A DNA stretch of 64,000 nucleotides from the human T2T-CHM13v2.0 reference genome, Homo sapiens, in assembly GCF_009914755.1 (NCBI RefSeq), contig NC_060928.1; one strand, 5' to 3'. Shown here one piece after another: positions 28,212 to 43,400 of this stretch (position 1 is the stretch's first letter; the number at the start of each line of letters is the position of its first letter). The notes under the pieces were generated by a model. That model was not told the origin of the DNA. It searched no databases and saw only the letters and a list, made by a program, of their open reading frames with translations. The translations under genes were made by a program, and so were the position numbers.

Positions 28212-31069
28212 CAAAAGGAAGTTGGAAAAAACCACTCTTCTTGCAATGCACAAATGACTGTTTTATAGTAACTTTATTGTCTATGCAATCAATCATATAT
28301 TTAATATAATTATAGTATCAGATGATAAATGTAGATATTAAAAAACAATCTGTAAAACTGACTATTCTTATTTCTCCTCTCTCCTTTTCTCCCCTACTTT
28401 GCTTCAAATTCTTTATTTTCATATTCACTTTGCTGGCTTCAAATCATTTCCAAACCTACTGTAATGGTAGCATAATCATATCCAGTGAATTTGTTTTGAT
28501 GTTCTGATAGGACCATAGACTTTCACATCTAGTTGTGATATCACATGCTCACATTGTCTAACTACTTCATTTTATAGTCGAAGAAATTGAAACACAAGGT
28601 AAGGTGACTTGCCCAGTTCCAATCTAGCTATATAATAAAAGAATGGCTAATATTTAATAAATAATATGAGTCAGGCACTGAGAAAGTAAGGCACTATTTT
28701 TATCTCTATTTAAAAATGTAGAAACTGAGCCAAAGAGGGGATATGGTATTTGCCTGGGATCATAGTATTAGTAAATGTCTGAGTTGGGATTTAAAGCCAG
28801 GCTCCCTGATTTCATAGCCCATCCACAATTGCATGCCACTCAAGTCTTCTGGCTCCAAGTTCTCTGCAATTTACACAGCCCTACACTGCCTTCATCCTAA
28901 ACTCTCCAACCTCCTGTTTTTTCAGCTCTAAACTTTGATTTCCTAAACTTAGCAGTCAGGGACAGGTGGAAGATTGTTGTTAAAAGAACAGGCAGCAGCA
29001 TTCTTGTTTAGCCTCTTTTTATATCTATTTTATTCTACAGATTAGGGTACTTTTCTCAATTATGCATACTTATTCATTCTGCCAAAAATTTCTTTTAAGG
29101 CTGTTAAAGCTGTAGTCAATTTTCTCAGTCTGATGTTCCAAAGGAACCTGCTGTGTCTTTTTCATTCTATGCAAAAATGGGCATGCTAGGATCCACTCAA
29201 TGCTAAAGTCATTGAGTAGCTACAAACTTTCTATTTGTTTTCTCCATTGTTATATTTTCATAGATTTAGAATCTGAGCAGCATTTAATTTGTCTACTCTT
29301 TATATTTTCCTTTAGAGAAAGAGCACAGTGATACTTGTTTGTAGGTGTTAGAGGAATAATCCCAAAGAGAGAAATTATTCTTCAAATATCCACCATGACT
29401 GAATATTAAGTAATACTCAAATCTACTTAGAAAACAAAACAGAAAACCTCCAGAAACCAAATAAACAACATCAAAACTTAAAAACAAAAAAGTGCTGGAA
29501 GTCTCAGAAGTATGGAGCAGTTATTCTTGTTCCTTCAAATGAAAAGATGCTTTACCATATCCTCTATGGAGAGAATTCTGACAGTATTTATCATACATTT
29601 ATTCACATCTTTTGCCCTAACAATCTCATATCTGAAAAATATATACAAAATGTATAATATAGCATTCTTTTGTAAAGGGAAATAATCAGAAAGAGTCTAA
29701 GTGGCACTTGTTGAATTATGATACAATCATACAATAAGGCCTTTATAGAGCCATTAAAATGATATTATTGATATTTATTAATATGGGAAATCATTTATAA
29801 TTTTTGGTTAAGACCTTTTAACAAACACAAAGTCTATGAAATAGTGTGCACAACATTCCATATTTTCATAAAGGAAATGACTTTTAAAACTACCCTGCAA
29901 TCATCTCATTTTACACAAATGTCTAATCTGATTGCTATTCCTGCCACATTTTATGTCTTTGAACCTAATCTACTGACTTCTTTCTCACAATATTTTCTAT
30001 GTGCTGAAGGAGTAAAAATGGAATGAAAACAAATATAAGTCATCCCTGCTTTCCTGATGCTTGCCAATTACCAACTGATGCTGGTGTTAAACAAACAAAC
30101 AAATAAAATGAAAATATGAAGACTGCTAGGAAGGAAAAACACAGGATGCTCTCTGTTTTTATACAATAGCAATCTTTGGAAGCCTAAAACTGTAAGACTA
30201 AGATTCACACAGGACTTCAGAAAAGAAGACCCTTGCCTACCTAGAATACAAGAAGCCTACTTTTGTAATTTGATATTATTAGGCTTTGTCTTATTATTTT
30301 TTTTAATTGGATTTGTAGATTCTTGGAAGTTAAGCTTCATCCATATTTACTTTTTCTAAGCCTGGAGTGATTCTGCATTTTCCTCTTCTGAACTCTAGCA
30401 CTATTTGTCAGCTAACTCATTTGGTTCATAACAAATACCATATTTGCGTGTGCATATTACCTTTCTTCTCAACATCGTGGGAAATTCCTTCAAAGCAAAG
30501 ATAGTCACTTCTGACTCCTCACAGTATTTAATATAAAACCCAACAAACTAAATAAAGAACTGTTGTACAAAAAGCCTCAATTCAAGCCTAGTTACTACTG
30601 ATATGTATTCTATATAAAAGCAAACTAAATATACATTATATCTTTAGGAAAACAAATATAATCACTCTATGATCAAAGACTTCCTAATTAACATATTTTT
30701 ATTCACTTACTATTAAATAACTCTAAGAGGATAAAAGTCAACCTCCAGGAAGCACGCTATGGAGGATAGAATGTGTTCTTTGGAATCAGACATACCTGCA
30801 TTGAATTCTACATTTTGAATTTTCAGTTGGGTGATCTAATGCATGGATTATAGTTAACATGGGGGAAAACAGTAACAAATCTCAAATGTTGTTTGGAGGA
30901 TTTCATGAAAAAACATTGATGAGCAGCACAATTCCTTTCTTTATATAACTTTATAATTACTGATTCTCATAACCTGTATTCTAGTCCAATTAGCAAAATT
31001 TTTCCTTTGGATAATGCAATAGTCTTTTAAATGATAGCTCTGTTTCACCCTTGCCTCATGTATTCATTC

Positions 31070-31384
31070 AAAATTAATATTCTGAGCTCCTAACTCCCAG
31101 TACCTAAAATACAGTGACGGTATTTGGAGACATGGTCTTTAAAGAGGTAATTAAGCCAAAATGGAAATTTGGACACAAACAGGTACAGAAGGAAGATGAA
31201 GTGAGGGTACATGGAAAAGATAGCCCTCTAAAAGCCAACAAGAGAGGCCGGAGAAGACACCAACCTTGACAGCACCTTGTTCTTGGACATTTCTACCCTC
31301 TAGACTTCTGAGAAGGTATATTTCTTTTATTTAAGCTATCTAGTCTATGGAAATATGTCAGGGCGCCCAAACAAATTAAAACAA
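31070..31384 (+). mobile_element. MLT1A/B-like MaLR LTR fragment
   Basis: gtatttggaga..gtctttaaagaggtaattaag; ttaagctatctagtctatgg. Confidence 0.6.
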
Positions 31385-31628
31385 TGTCCTACTCAAATAG
31401 TAGTGATATCCTTTATTTATTTTTTAGTTTTTTCAAAGTGCAAATTGTATTTTAGATACCGGCGGTATGTAGGCAGGTTTGTTACCTGGGCATATCGTGT
31501 GATGCTGAGGTTTGGGGTATGATTAATCTCATCATGCAGGTGTGAAGCTTCGTACCCAGTAGTTTTTCAACCCCGGCTGCCCCCTCTACCACCTTTAGTA
31601 GTCTCCATTGTCTATTATTGTCATCTTT

Positions 31629-31865
31629 TCTTTTTAAATTTCTGTTTGTTTTTTATTATGTAAAAATGGAAAAACAAAATATAATTTTCATCCAATACAT
31701 ATTTCATCCTTATTTTTTTTTTGCAGAAAGTGAAGTCCATTTAGAATGATAGTAATTTTTCAACCAAATAATTCGTCTTCACACAGTTTCAATAACTTCA
31801 GAAATTTTCTTCATCTTTCTGTAGAAATTCTGAAACTGTGAAATGGTTACCCTTATCGCCATGAA
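31629..31865 (-). pseudogene. COMMD6: 5'-truncated processed retrocopy of COMMD6 mRNA
   Basis: Minus strand reads VTISQFQNFYRKMKKISEVIETV* (31850-31779); the COMMD6 C-terminus as recalled is MTIPQFQNFYRQFKEIAAVIETV*. Followed by a 3'UTR with AATAAA and an A-rich tail. Perfect 13-bp TSD tattgtcatcttt at 31616-31628 and 31866-31878. Confidence 0.85.
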
Positions 31866-34241
31866 TATTGTCATCTTTATGTCCATGAGTATCCAACATT
31901 TAGCTACCACTTATAAGGGAAAATAGAAGGTATTTTGTTTTCGGTTCCCGAGTAAATTTACTTAGGTAATGGCTTCCTGCTGCATCCATGTTGCTGAAAA
32001 GGACAAGATTTTGCTCTTTTTTATGGCTGCAAAGCATTCCATGGTGTATATATACCACATTTTCTTTATCCAATCCACTGTTGATATGCACCCAGGTCAA
32101 TTCCATGTCTTTGTTATTGTGCAGAGTGCTGCAGTGAACATACAAGTATATGTGCCTTTTTGGTAGAACAACTTATTTTCTTTTGGATAAATATAAACCC
32201 AGTAATGTAGTTGATGGGCTGAATGGTAGCTCTGTTTTAAGTTGTTTGAGGAATCTTCAAACTGCTTTTCATAGTTACTGAGCTAATTTCCATTTCCACC
32301 AATAGGGTATAGATGTTCCTTTTTCTCCACAGCCTTGCTAGCATCTGTTGTTTCTTGATATTTCAGCAATAGGCATTGTGACTGGTGTGAGGTAATATCT
32401 CATTGTTGTTTTGATTTGCATTTATCTTATGATTAGAGATGTTGAGTATCTTTTCATGTTTTTGTTGGCAGCTCGTATGTCTTCTTTGGAGAAATGTCTG
32501 TTCATATCTTTTGCCCACTTTTTAATAAAGTCTTTTTTTTTTTTTCTAGTTGAGTTGTTTGAGTCCCATATAGATTCTGGATATTAGACCGTTGTGATAT
32601 GCATAGTTTGCAACTATATTCTCCCATTCTGTAGGCCATCTGTTTACTCTGTTGATAGTTTCCTTTGCTATTCAGCAGCTCTCTAGTTTAGTTAGGTCCC
32701 ATTTGTCGATTTTTGTTTATATTGCAATTACTTTTGAGGACTTAGCTATAAATTCTTTACTAAGGCCATTATTGAGAAGGGTATTTCCTAGGTTTTCTTC
32801 TAGAATTTTTATAGTTTGAGGTTTTACATTTAAGTCTTTAATGCATCTTGAGCTAATTTTTAGATATGGTGAGAGAAGGTGTCTAATTTTATTATTCTAC
32901 TACATACAGTGAGACAGCTTTCCAAGAAGTATTTATTGAACAGGGAGTCTTTTCACCATTGTTTATTTTGTTACCTTTATCAAGATCAGATGGCAGTAGG
33001 TATGTGGCTTTATTTCTGGGCCATCTATTTTGTTCCATTGGTCTATATGTCTATTTTTGTACCAGTACCATGCTGTTTTGGTTACTATAACCATACATAT
33101 AGTTTGAAGATGGGTAATGTGACGCCTTTTGTTTTGCTCTTTTTGCTTAGGGTTGCTTTGGCTATTTAGGCTCTTTTTTGATTCTATATGTATTTTAGAA
33201 TGCTTTATTCTAGTGGTGTAAAAATGACATTAGTAGTTTGATAGAAATAGCATTAAATCTGTAGCTTGCTTTGGGCTATATGGCCATCTAAACAATATTG
33301 ATTTTTCCAATCCATGAGCATGGAATGGAATATTTTTCCATTTGTGTCATCTATGTTTTCTTTCAGCAGTGTTTTGTATTCTCCTTGTAGAGATCTTTCA
33401 CCTTCTTGTTTAGATGTATTCCTAGTTTTTTTTATTTTTATTCCTTTGGCATGGCAATTCAAAATGGAATTTTGTTTGATTTGGCTCTCAGCTTGAATGT
33501 TATTGGGATATAGAAATGATACTAATTTTCATACACTAATTTTATATATTGAAACTTTAGTGAAGTTGTTTAACAATTCTAGAGACTTTTGGTGGAGTCC
33601 TTAGGGTTTTCTAGGTAGAGAATCATGTCCTTTATAAGGAGGGATAGTTTGACACTTCTTTTCCTATTTGGGGGCCTTTTATTTCTTTCTCTTGCCTGAT
33701 TGCTGCAGCTAGCACTTCCAGTGCTATGTTAAATAGGAGTAGTGAGAGTGGACATCCATATCTTCTTGTGGTTCTCAAGAGGAAAGTTTCTAGTTTTTGC
33801 CCATTCAGTTTGATCTTGGTTGTGGGTTTTTCATAGATGTTTCTTATTATTTTGAGGTACATACCTTAAATGATTAGTTTCTTGAGGCTTTTATCATGAA
33901 AGTTTGTTGGATTTATCAAAAGCTTTTGTGACTTCTATTGAGATGATCATATGGTTTTTATTTTTAATTATGCTTATGTGGTGGATCACTTTTATTGATT
34001 TGCATATGTTGAACCAACCTTGCATCCCAGGAATTAAGCCTACTTGATAATGGTGAATGAAATTTGGTATGCTGTTGGATTCAGTTTGCTAGTGTTTTGT
34101 TGAGAATCTTTGTGTCTATGTTCATCAGAAGCCTATAGATTTCTTTTTTTGTTGTGTTTTGCCAGGTTTTGGCATCTGGGTGATGCTGGCTTTATAGAAT
34201 GAGTTAGTGAGGAGTCTCTCTCCTCAATTTAGTTTCAGTAG

Positions 34242-34775
34242 TGTTAGATATGAGTTCTAAATTTCTTTTCAAAGAATTAATATGTCAGTATGTTCAATCC
34301 TTTGCCTTCTACTTTTAAACTTAACTTCCTCATAAAGCAATCTTTTTCTATTACATACTCCACCCTGGCTCATTCTGATTATCTACTCCACCCTGACACT
34401 TTCCCATCACCTGCTCCACCCTAACTCATTCTGATCACCTGCTCCATTCTAACTCATTCCGATTACCTGCTACCTGCTCTGCCCTGACTCCCGCCAAAGC
34501 ACTCACCCAGTCATTCTCTTTAAATTAGCCAAATGGAATTAGTTTAGCCTGTGTGATCTAACCCTAGCCAATAGAGGAACGACACAGCAGCAGGGGCCAC
34601 GTGCGTCAGGGATAAGAACACCTTCCCCTCCCTTGTCCAAGTGTGTGTTCACCATTGTTCCATCTGTAAGGGTGCACCCTTCTATATAGAAGTACCTTGC
34701 CTTGCTGAGAATTAAAAAGAAAATTTTACATTCGAGTGCTATTCCTTTTGAGGCACCGAAACTTTATATATAACA
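34242..34775 (+). mobile_element. LTR10A/F-type (HERV-I/IP10) solo LTR
   Basis: tgttagatatgagttctaaatttc...tataaca; perfect 4-bp TSD GTAG; internal ~28-bp repeats; CCAAT boxes and a TATA. Confidence 0.85.
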
Positions 34776-36243
34776 GTAGGATTAGTATCAGCTCTTCTTT
34801 GTGTGTCTGGTAGAATTCGACTGTGAATCCATCTAGTCCAGGGCTTTTTTTGGTAGATTTTATTACTGATTCCATTTTAGAACTCAATATTGACTGTTTG
34901 GGGTTCTAATTTCTTCCTGATTTAATCTTGAGAAATTATTTCCAGGAGTTTATTTATACCCACTAGATTTTCTAGTTTGTATGCATAGAAGTGTCCACAA
35001 TACTGTCAGAGGATCTTGTATTTCTGTGGGAACAGTTGTAATGTCACCTTTGTTGTTTCTGATGGTGCTTATTTGAATCTTCTCTTTTTTTCTTTGTTAA
35101 TCAAGTTAGTGGCGTATTGATCTTTTTTGTACTTTCAAAATCAACTTTTGGTTTGTTCTTTGTGTCTATTTTTGGATCTCAGTTTTGTTCAGTTCTGCTC
35201 TGATTTGTTATTTCTTTTCTTCTGTCAGCTTTGCGGTTAGTTTTTTCTTGTTTTTCTAGCTCCTCTAGGTGTGATGTTAGACAGTTAATTTGAGAACTTT
35301 ATAACTTATTGAGATAGCCTTTGAGTGCTATAAGCTTTTCTCTTAACATTGTTATTGTTGAATCTCAAAGACTTGGTATGTTGTTTTCCTGTTTTTATTT
35401 ATTTCAAATAATTTTTTGATTTCTGCCTTAATTTTGTTGTTTACCCAAATATCATTCAATAACAATTTGTTTAATTTCCACATAATTTTGTGATTTTTAG
35501 GATCTTCTAGGTATTGATTTCTATTTTTATTCAACTGTGGTCTGAAAGTATGATTGGTATAATTTTTTTTTAATTTGTTAAGACTTGCTTTAAGCCTGAG
35601 CATGTGGTTGATCTTGAAGTATGCTTCATGCACAGATGGGAAGAAGGTTTATTCTGTGGTTGATAGATGGAGTATTCTATAGATGTCTTTAAGATCTGAC
35701 TGGTGAAGTGCCAAATTTAAATCTAGAAATTCTTCATGAATTTTATGCCTCAATGTTGTGTCTAATGCTGTCAATGGGGTGTGTTAGTCTCTCACTATAA
35801 CTATATTGATAAGTCTTTTCATAGGTCTAGAAGTATTGTTTTATGAATCTTTGTCCTCCAATATTGGATGCATATATATTTAAAATAGTTAAGTCTTCTT
35901 GTTGAACTAAATCCTTTGTCATTATGTAATGTTCTTCTTTGTTCTTTTTTACTTTTGTTGGTTTAAAGTCTGCTTTATCCGATGTAAGAATGGCTCCCAT
36001 GATCTTTTCTTGTTTTCTATTTCAATGATAGATCTTTCTCCAGCTCTTTACTTTAGATCTCTGTGTATTGTGACACATGATATGGGTCTCTTAAAACAGC
36101 AGACTGCTGGATCTTTAAAAAAAATTTAACTGCCACTTTGTACCTTTTAATTGAGGCATTTAGGTCATTTCCATTCAAGGCTTATATTGATATGGAGACT
36201 CTTTAAAACGTCTAAATAACATTATAACCCAACCCAGCCCCCA

Positions 36244-36248
36244 ACACA

Positions 36249-36284
<36 letters not shown>
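36244..36284. repeat. (CA)n microsatellite
   Basis: Seen directly. Confidence 0.95.
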
Positions 36285-36286
<2 letters not shown>

Positions 36287-36449
36287 CACGCATGCACCAA
36301 AGTCTTCTGTCTTCTGATGGATTCTCATCACACTTACAGGAAAGCCCTAAAATCTGCAGTGCTACAGCAAGGACACACAAGGACACAGCTATTTTTCTTG
36401 TCCTATTTTCTCTGTCTTCCAGTCAGTCACTCAGTCTACTCCTGTTTTG

Positions 36450-36850
36450 TTGGTCTTCCTACTCTTCCTCAAATACATCAAATTAATTCCCACCTTAGAA
36501 GAATTTTTACTTGCTATTTATTTAGCCTGAAAAATCTTTCTCCAAATATTCACATGTTCACTCCATCATTCTGATCTTTGCCCAAATGTCACCACTGCTG
36601 AAAGGCCTTTGCTGACCACTCTACCTAAAACAGGCAATCTCCCATCACTTATTATCCTCTTAACTGGTTTTATTTTTATTCTTAATGGTTGTCACTGACA
36701 AATATATCATACAGATATTCTCTTAAATTATGTGCCTCTTCCCACTATGATATAAATTCCATGAGAGCAAGAACTCTATTTTACTCACTCTTGTAAATTT
36801 TTAGTGCCTAAAAATCACTTTGGAAAGAGTAAATGTCCAACAAATATTTA
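36450..36850 (-). mobile_element. L2 3' fragment
   Basis: ccaaatgtcacc..aggcctt..ctgaccactctacctaaa; taaattccatgagagcaagaac; caacaaatattt. Confidence 0.6.
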
Positions 36851-38124
36851 CATAATAATAAATATAACTATATAGTGTTTATTTACTAAAATAGAAAGAA
36901 TTGCTGCATGTAACTTATTTAATGGCATATAAAGAAAAAAATACATGAATCAGTATGTCTTCTATTGGGGTGAAAACAATTTAAAGTAGAAAAGCTGTAA
37001 AAAACAAAAACAAACACAAGCTACTACCCAAATATGACTAACAGATCATGTTGATTCTGTCACATTCTACTTGTCATATCAGATTTTTATTTAAAAAATC
37101 ATTAGCTTATCAATTATAGTTACTGGGGCTGTAAGAAAATTTTATAATTCATGTGGATCAGTTCTCTTCTTTATGGTCTTATTTGAAAATAAAAATTGGT
37201 TCTGTCTTAGCCTGTCATTTAATAAGCCGGTGACCTGGGGCAAATCTAACTGCTTCATCTATAAACTATGAATAACAATAGAGGTCTTGACTGTCACACA
37301 CAGGTATAGTAAGGTTCCATTTTAAAAATGGCTCTTATTATGTTACCTGAAAGGCATTCTACAATGATGAGTGGCAAGGTGGTCTTAGGAACAGTGCAGT
37401 GAAAATTGGGACTATTTTCTGTGCCTATCATTTCTATTTTTGTGACACCCTCTTTAAATTAGCCTTAGAATGTAATTCAAAGGAGTGACATAATTGTAAA
37501 TTTTTGTACTGTTAGATCTAAGAATATTGTATGTGGTATAATAAAATATTAATTTAGTGACCTTCATTAGATAATTAGCATGGAATATATTATGCACTGC
37601 CCTGCAAGGGCCTAAGAGAATGGTCCACAGGTCTTGCAAATTTGATATGAAGACAGGCACTGAGACAGTCTAGCTGAGTAAAAATCTGTTGACATCTCTA
37701 GGGAGGAATGGTTAGAGAATGCCCTGACTCTGTGGATAGCTGGCATATTTTGTCCCAGAAAAGAAGAGCACAGAGTGGCAGAGAGCACTTGAGGTTTAAA
37801 TAAGAAAAGAGGATGAAAAACTTACTTTGACTAATTACAAATTTTCTCAATAATGGACTTATTCTCTACTTTCTATTGCCTCTTGAGAAATCATTACTTT
37901 GCATGGAGTCAACATAATTATTAAGACTAACTGTGGAAGGTATTCAAAATGGAAAAACAGCAGTCCCCAGGATTATATTTTATTTATGAATGATCACTCA
38001 TTTGTAACTTTTCCTTCAGTTAGATGTTTTTCAATACAAAAATACCTTTTTAGCACCATTTCAACTTGTGAAACAAAATGTGAAATTCAGGCACGTATGT
38101 AATTTGTATGTGTAAAATATTCCA

Positions 38125-38400
38125 TTTTTTTCTTTCTTTTCTGTTAATGAAGTAAGTACGTTTAACATGAGACGTATCTTCTTAATAGATTTTTACCTGC
38201 ACAATACAATCTTGTTAACTATAGGTGCTCTGTTGACAGCAGATCTCTAGAATTTATTCATTTGTTGTAACTGAATTTTATACCCATTGAACAGTAACCC
38301 CCATTTCCCCTCCTTTCAGTCCCTGGCAACCAGCATTCTACTCTGTTTCTAGGAGTTTGACTATTTTAGATACCTTATATAAGTGGAATCAGGCAGTATT
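38125..38400 (-). mobile_element. L1MA-type 3'UTR fragment
   Basis: cagcagatctctagaatttattcat..ccctggcaacc..gagtttgactattttagatacc..aagtggaatc. Confidence 0.75.
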
Positions 38401-39288
38401 GGCAAACGTACTTTCAATTAGTAATGACTATAATTCTCGTAGTTTAAGTAAAAGAAATCAAACATCACTACTACTAGTTTTTTGGGAAAAAGATTACAAA
38501 TAGGGATATTACGATAAAAGCGTAAAATGTTTTTTACGTTTGTGCACTTAGATCCATGTTCAAGCTGTAGTTCACCTATATATGCATAACACATTTGAAT
38601 ATGTGCTACAGTATGCCATTTATAAAGACTGAAAATAATATTGTATAAAACATTATTATTTATTTAGCAACCTCATGAGCTTTGGTTTGAAAAATGCCTG
38701 AATTACGTAGCATAATTGTAGTGATGGAGAACAGATCAGTGGCTGCCAAGGGTTAGTGTTGGTTGGAAGATGTGATTAGTGAGAGATAACGTGAAAACAT
38801 GTTGTACTTTCTTTGTGTTGATAAAGCAATTCTGCATTTAGATTGTGGTGATGGTTACATAAATCCACACTTCATAGAACTATACACACACATCACACAT
38901 ATACTCACACACACCTATAGAAGAAGAGTACATGTAAAATCCTTAGAAATATGAATAGGGTCTGAACCTGAGTTAATGGTATGGAAACAATGATTTTGGC
39001 AATGTACTAGGTAAAGTTAGATATAATCATTGGGGAAAGTTGGCTGAAAATAACACAGTCTTTCTTTTTACTATTTTTGTAAATTCTTATGAGTCAAAAT
39101 CTTTCAAAATAAAAGGTATTAAACAAAGGCAAAAATCAAAAACTTCCAAAATCAAAGCCTGTATGAATTTGGACATATTATTTGATTTCTTTTGTAGACC
39201 TTGATTTCTTCACCTGTAAAAATGGAATAATAGTATGATTCCTATCTCATTATTGTCATGCTTAAATCATACCATTTATGTAAGTGCC
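38371..39288 (+). repeat. Inverted duplication arm A (partner at 45505-46410)
   Basis: Reverse complement aligns over its whole length with 45505-46410, about 90% identical in the stretch I counted. Confidence 0.95.
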
Positions 39289-40416
39289 CAGTACTGTGTA
39301 CTGTGTATAGCAGAACAATAATGCTTAAACACTAAGTTCCCCACTTATTTTGTGGCTATTGGTTTTTAGGTGGTTTTTAAGTTCCTAAGTGGAAGTGTGT
39401 TCAACAGAGGGAGTCAAAATAAATGACAACGTCTCAGAGTATCATCTGAACAAGAAAGGAGGGTGTTCTCCATCCCTTGAAATTGTCTCAGTCCTCTTTT
39501 ATTGTTTGGCTCTCCTGTGAGTCCTCACAAATAACCTCAAGAATTGCTACAACACCAATAGAGAATTAATTCTCATTGAGTTTTTAGCTCAGTAAATTCT
39601 AGGACCTAAACTTTATTGATTCAGCTGCTTTTTAAAATTGTCCCATTTAGAAATATTCAATTTAAACCTTCCTTCAGTAAGTAATGGTTAACTACTAACA
39701 ATCCTAACAAACATTATAAGAAAGTCATAAGTAACATTTATTACTTTTGTTTTCCATTCATCCTGCTTGCTGTCCATAAGCATACAGCATTTTGGCCTTT
39801 CCAAATATCTGAAGGTAAGACAATCAAAAACAAAACTAAGAAATCCTACTCTGAAGTCACATCTCCCTAACTAGGTTGTGTTTTTATTGAGAGTAATGGC
39901 AATATTTTCTTTTCCAGAAGAACAAAACAAATACAAGGTTGGGCCCAATTGAATTCAATGGGAGATGTGGAGCGGAAGGAGTCAAGGTTATTCTACCTTT
40001 TCCATGCTTTGATAACTTTAACTGTGGGATTCTAGTTAAAAGAACATGATTATCCAAAGAAGTAAGTGCTTGAAATGCCCACTGTATCAGGAGATTAGGA
40101 ATTGTTAGCTTGAAACAATATAAATGGAAAGAAAACCTAACACAAAGAGACAAAATACACAAAATTTGTATTATGGTACACCTGTGCTTTGTGACCATAT
40201 TTCTGTGTCATAAACAAAAAACATTCTATAAAGCTTAACAGAGAGAAATTTAGGGCACAAAGAAGCATTTATGTGTTTTCATACTGTGAGCTAGGGCTAA
40301 GGTGTTCCTTACCATGACAGTTGGTGAAGCATAAGAACAACTCAATTCACAATGGTTCTGGTAAATTCCAATTTCCACTTCTTTACTCATAGACCTAAAT
40401 CTCTATTGAATGAATA

Positions 40417-43400
40417 ACATATATATAGATTTATATATATATTTATACATATCTATAAATATTTATATATATCTATATATCTATTTATATATAGATAGAT
40501 ATCTATATATCTATTTATATATAGATAGATATCTATATATCTATTTATATATAGATAGATATCTATATATCTATTTATATATAGATAGATATCTATATAT
40601 CTATTTATATATAGATAGATATCTATATATCTATTTATATATAGATAGATATCTATATATCTATTTATATATAGATAGATATCTATATATCTATTTATAT
40701 ATAGATAGATATCTATATATCTATTTATATATAGATAGATATCTATATATCTATTTATATATAGATAGATATCTATATATCTATTTATATATAGATAGAT
40801 ATCTATATATCTATTTATATATAGATAGATATCTATATATCTATTTATATATAGATAGATATCTATATATCTATTTATATATAGATAGATATCTATATAT
40901 CTATTTATATATAGATAGATATCTATATATCTATTTATATATAGATAGATATCTATATATCTATTTATATATAGATAGATATCTATATATCTATTTATAT
41001 ATAGATAGATATCTATACGTCTTCATATATAGATAGATATCTATACGTCTTCATATATAGATAGATATCTATACGTCTTCATATATAGATAGATATCTAT
41101 ACGTCTTCATATATAGATAGATATCTATACGTCTTCATATATAGATAGATATCTATACGTCTTCATATATAGATAGATATCTATACGTCTTCATATATAG
41201 ATAGATATCTATACGTCTTCATATATAGATAGATATCTATACGTCTTCATATATAGATAGATATCTATACGTCTTCATATATAGATAGATATCTATATGT
41301 CTTCATATATAGATAGATATCTATATGTCTTCATATATAGATAGATATCTATATGTCTTCATATATAGATAGATATCTATATGTCTTCATATATAGATAG
41401 ATATCTATATGTCTTCATATATAGATAGATATCTATATGTCTTCATATATAGATAGATATCTATATGTCTTCATATATAGATAGATATCTATATGTCTTC
41501 ATATATAGATAGATATCTATATAGATAGATATCTATATAGATATCTATATAAATAGATATCTATATAAATAGATATCTATCTAAATAGATATCTATATAG
41601 ATATTTAATCTATATATCGTTATATAAATCTTTATATATATAAAGATATATAGATATCTATATATAAATAGATATATATATGTTTATATAGATATCAATT
41701 TATATATATCTATATCTAGGTATACCTATATATCTTTATATATAGATATCTATATACAGATATATAGAGATAGATATCTATATATAGTTATATAGAGATA
41801 TATATCTATATATAAATAAATATATATATCTATGTATACATAGATATATATCTATATATCTCTGTATACATAGATATATATCTATATATCTCTAAATATC
41901 TATCTATATATATCTCTATATAGATATATCTATCTATACATCTCTCTATATAGATATATCTATCTATACATCTCTCTATATAGATATATCTATCTATACA
42001 TCTCTCTATATAGATATATCTATCTATACATCTCTCTATATAGATATATCTATCTATACATCTCTCTATATAGATATATCTATCTATACATCTCTCTATA
42101 TAGATATATCTATCTATACATCTCTCTATATAGATATATCTATCTATACATCTCTCTATATAGATATATCTATCTATACATCTCTCTATATAGATATATC
42201 TATCTATACATCTCTCTATATAGATATATCTATCTATACATCTCTCTATATAGATATATCTATCTATACATCTCTCCATATATCTCTCTATATAGATATA
42301 TCTATCTACATATCTCTCTATATAGATATATCTATCTATATATCTCTCTATATATCTATATATCTATCTATATATCTCTCTATATATAGATATATCTCTC
42401 TATATATCTCTCTATATATAGATATATCTATATATCTCTATATATAGATATATCTATATATCTCTATATATAGATATATCTATATATCTCTCTATATATA
42501 GATATATCTATCTATATATCTCTCTATATATAGATATATCTATCTATATATCTCTCTATATATAGATATATCTATCTATATATCGGTCTCTATATATAGA
42601 TATATCTACCTATATATCGGTCTTTATATATAGAAATATATATCTATATATCTCTCTCTATATATAGATATATATAGATATATATATCTCTCTACACATA
42701 TATATCTATATAGATATATATCTGTATATCTCTCTCTATGTATATATCTATATGTATCTCTCTCTATATAGATATATATCTACATATATATCTCTCTATA
42801 TATAGATATACATATCTACATATATATCTCTCTATATAGATATACATATCTACATATATATCTCTCTATATAGATATACATATCTACATATCTCTCTATA
42901 TATGTAGATATGTATATCTATGTATCTCTCTCTATATGTAGATATGTATATCTACATATATCTCTCTATATATAGATATGTATATCTACATATATCTCTC
43001 TCTATATAGATATGTATATCTACATATATCTCTCTCTATATAGATATATATCTCTATATCTCTCTCTATATAGATATATATCTCTATATCTCTCTATATA
43101 TAGATATATATCTCTATATCTCTATATAGATATATATCTCTATATCTCTCTATATATAGATATATATCTCTATATATCTCTATATAGATATATATCTCTA
43201 TATATCTCTATATAGATATATATCTCTATATATCTCTATATAGATATATATCTATATAGATCTATATAGATATATATCTATATATCTCTCTATATAGATA
43301 TATATCTATATGTCTCTCTATATATAGATATATATCCATATATATCTCTCTATATAGATATATATCCATATATATCTCTCTATATAGATATATATCCATA

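Larger units (their letters stand above)
31412..36200 (-). mobile_element. 5'-truncated L1 (L1PA15/16-like), hosting two later insertions
   Basis: Antisense L1 3'UTR then ORF2 remnants ([25 protein letters not shown]; [14 protein letters not shown]). Continuous across the inserts. Confidence 0.9.

Noticed and set aside
39770-39820. Possible exon ending in AAG|GTAAGA
   Set aside because: Isolated donor-like motif with no convincing ORF or partner exon.
40471-42270. CRISPR-like array of 28-30 bp repeats
   Set aside because: Head-to-tail repeats without unique spacers, in eukaryotic DNA.
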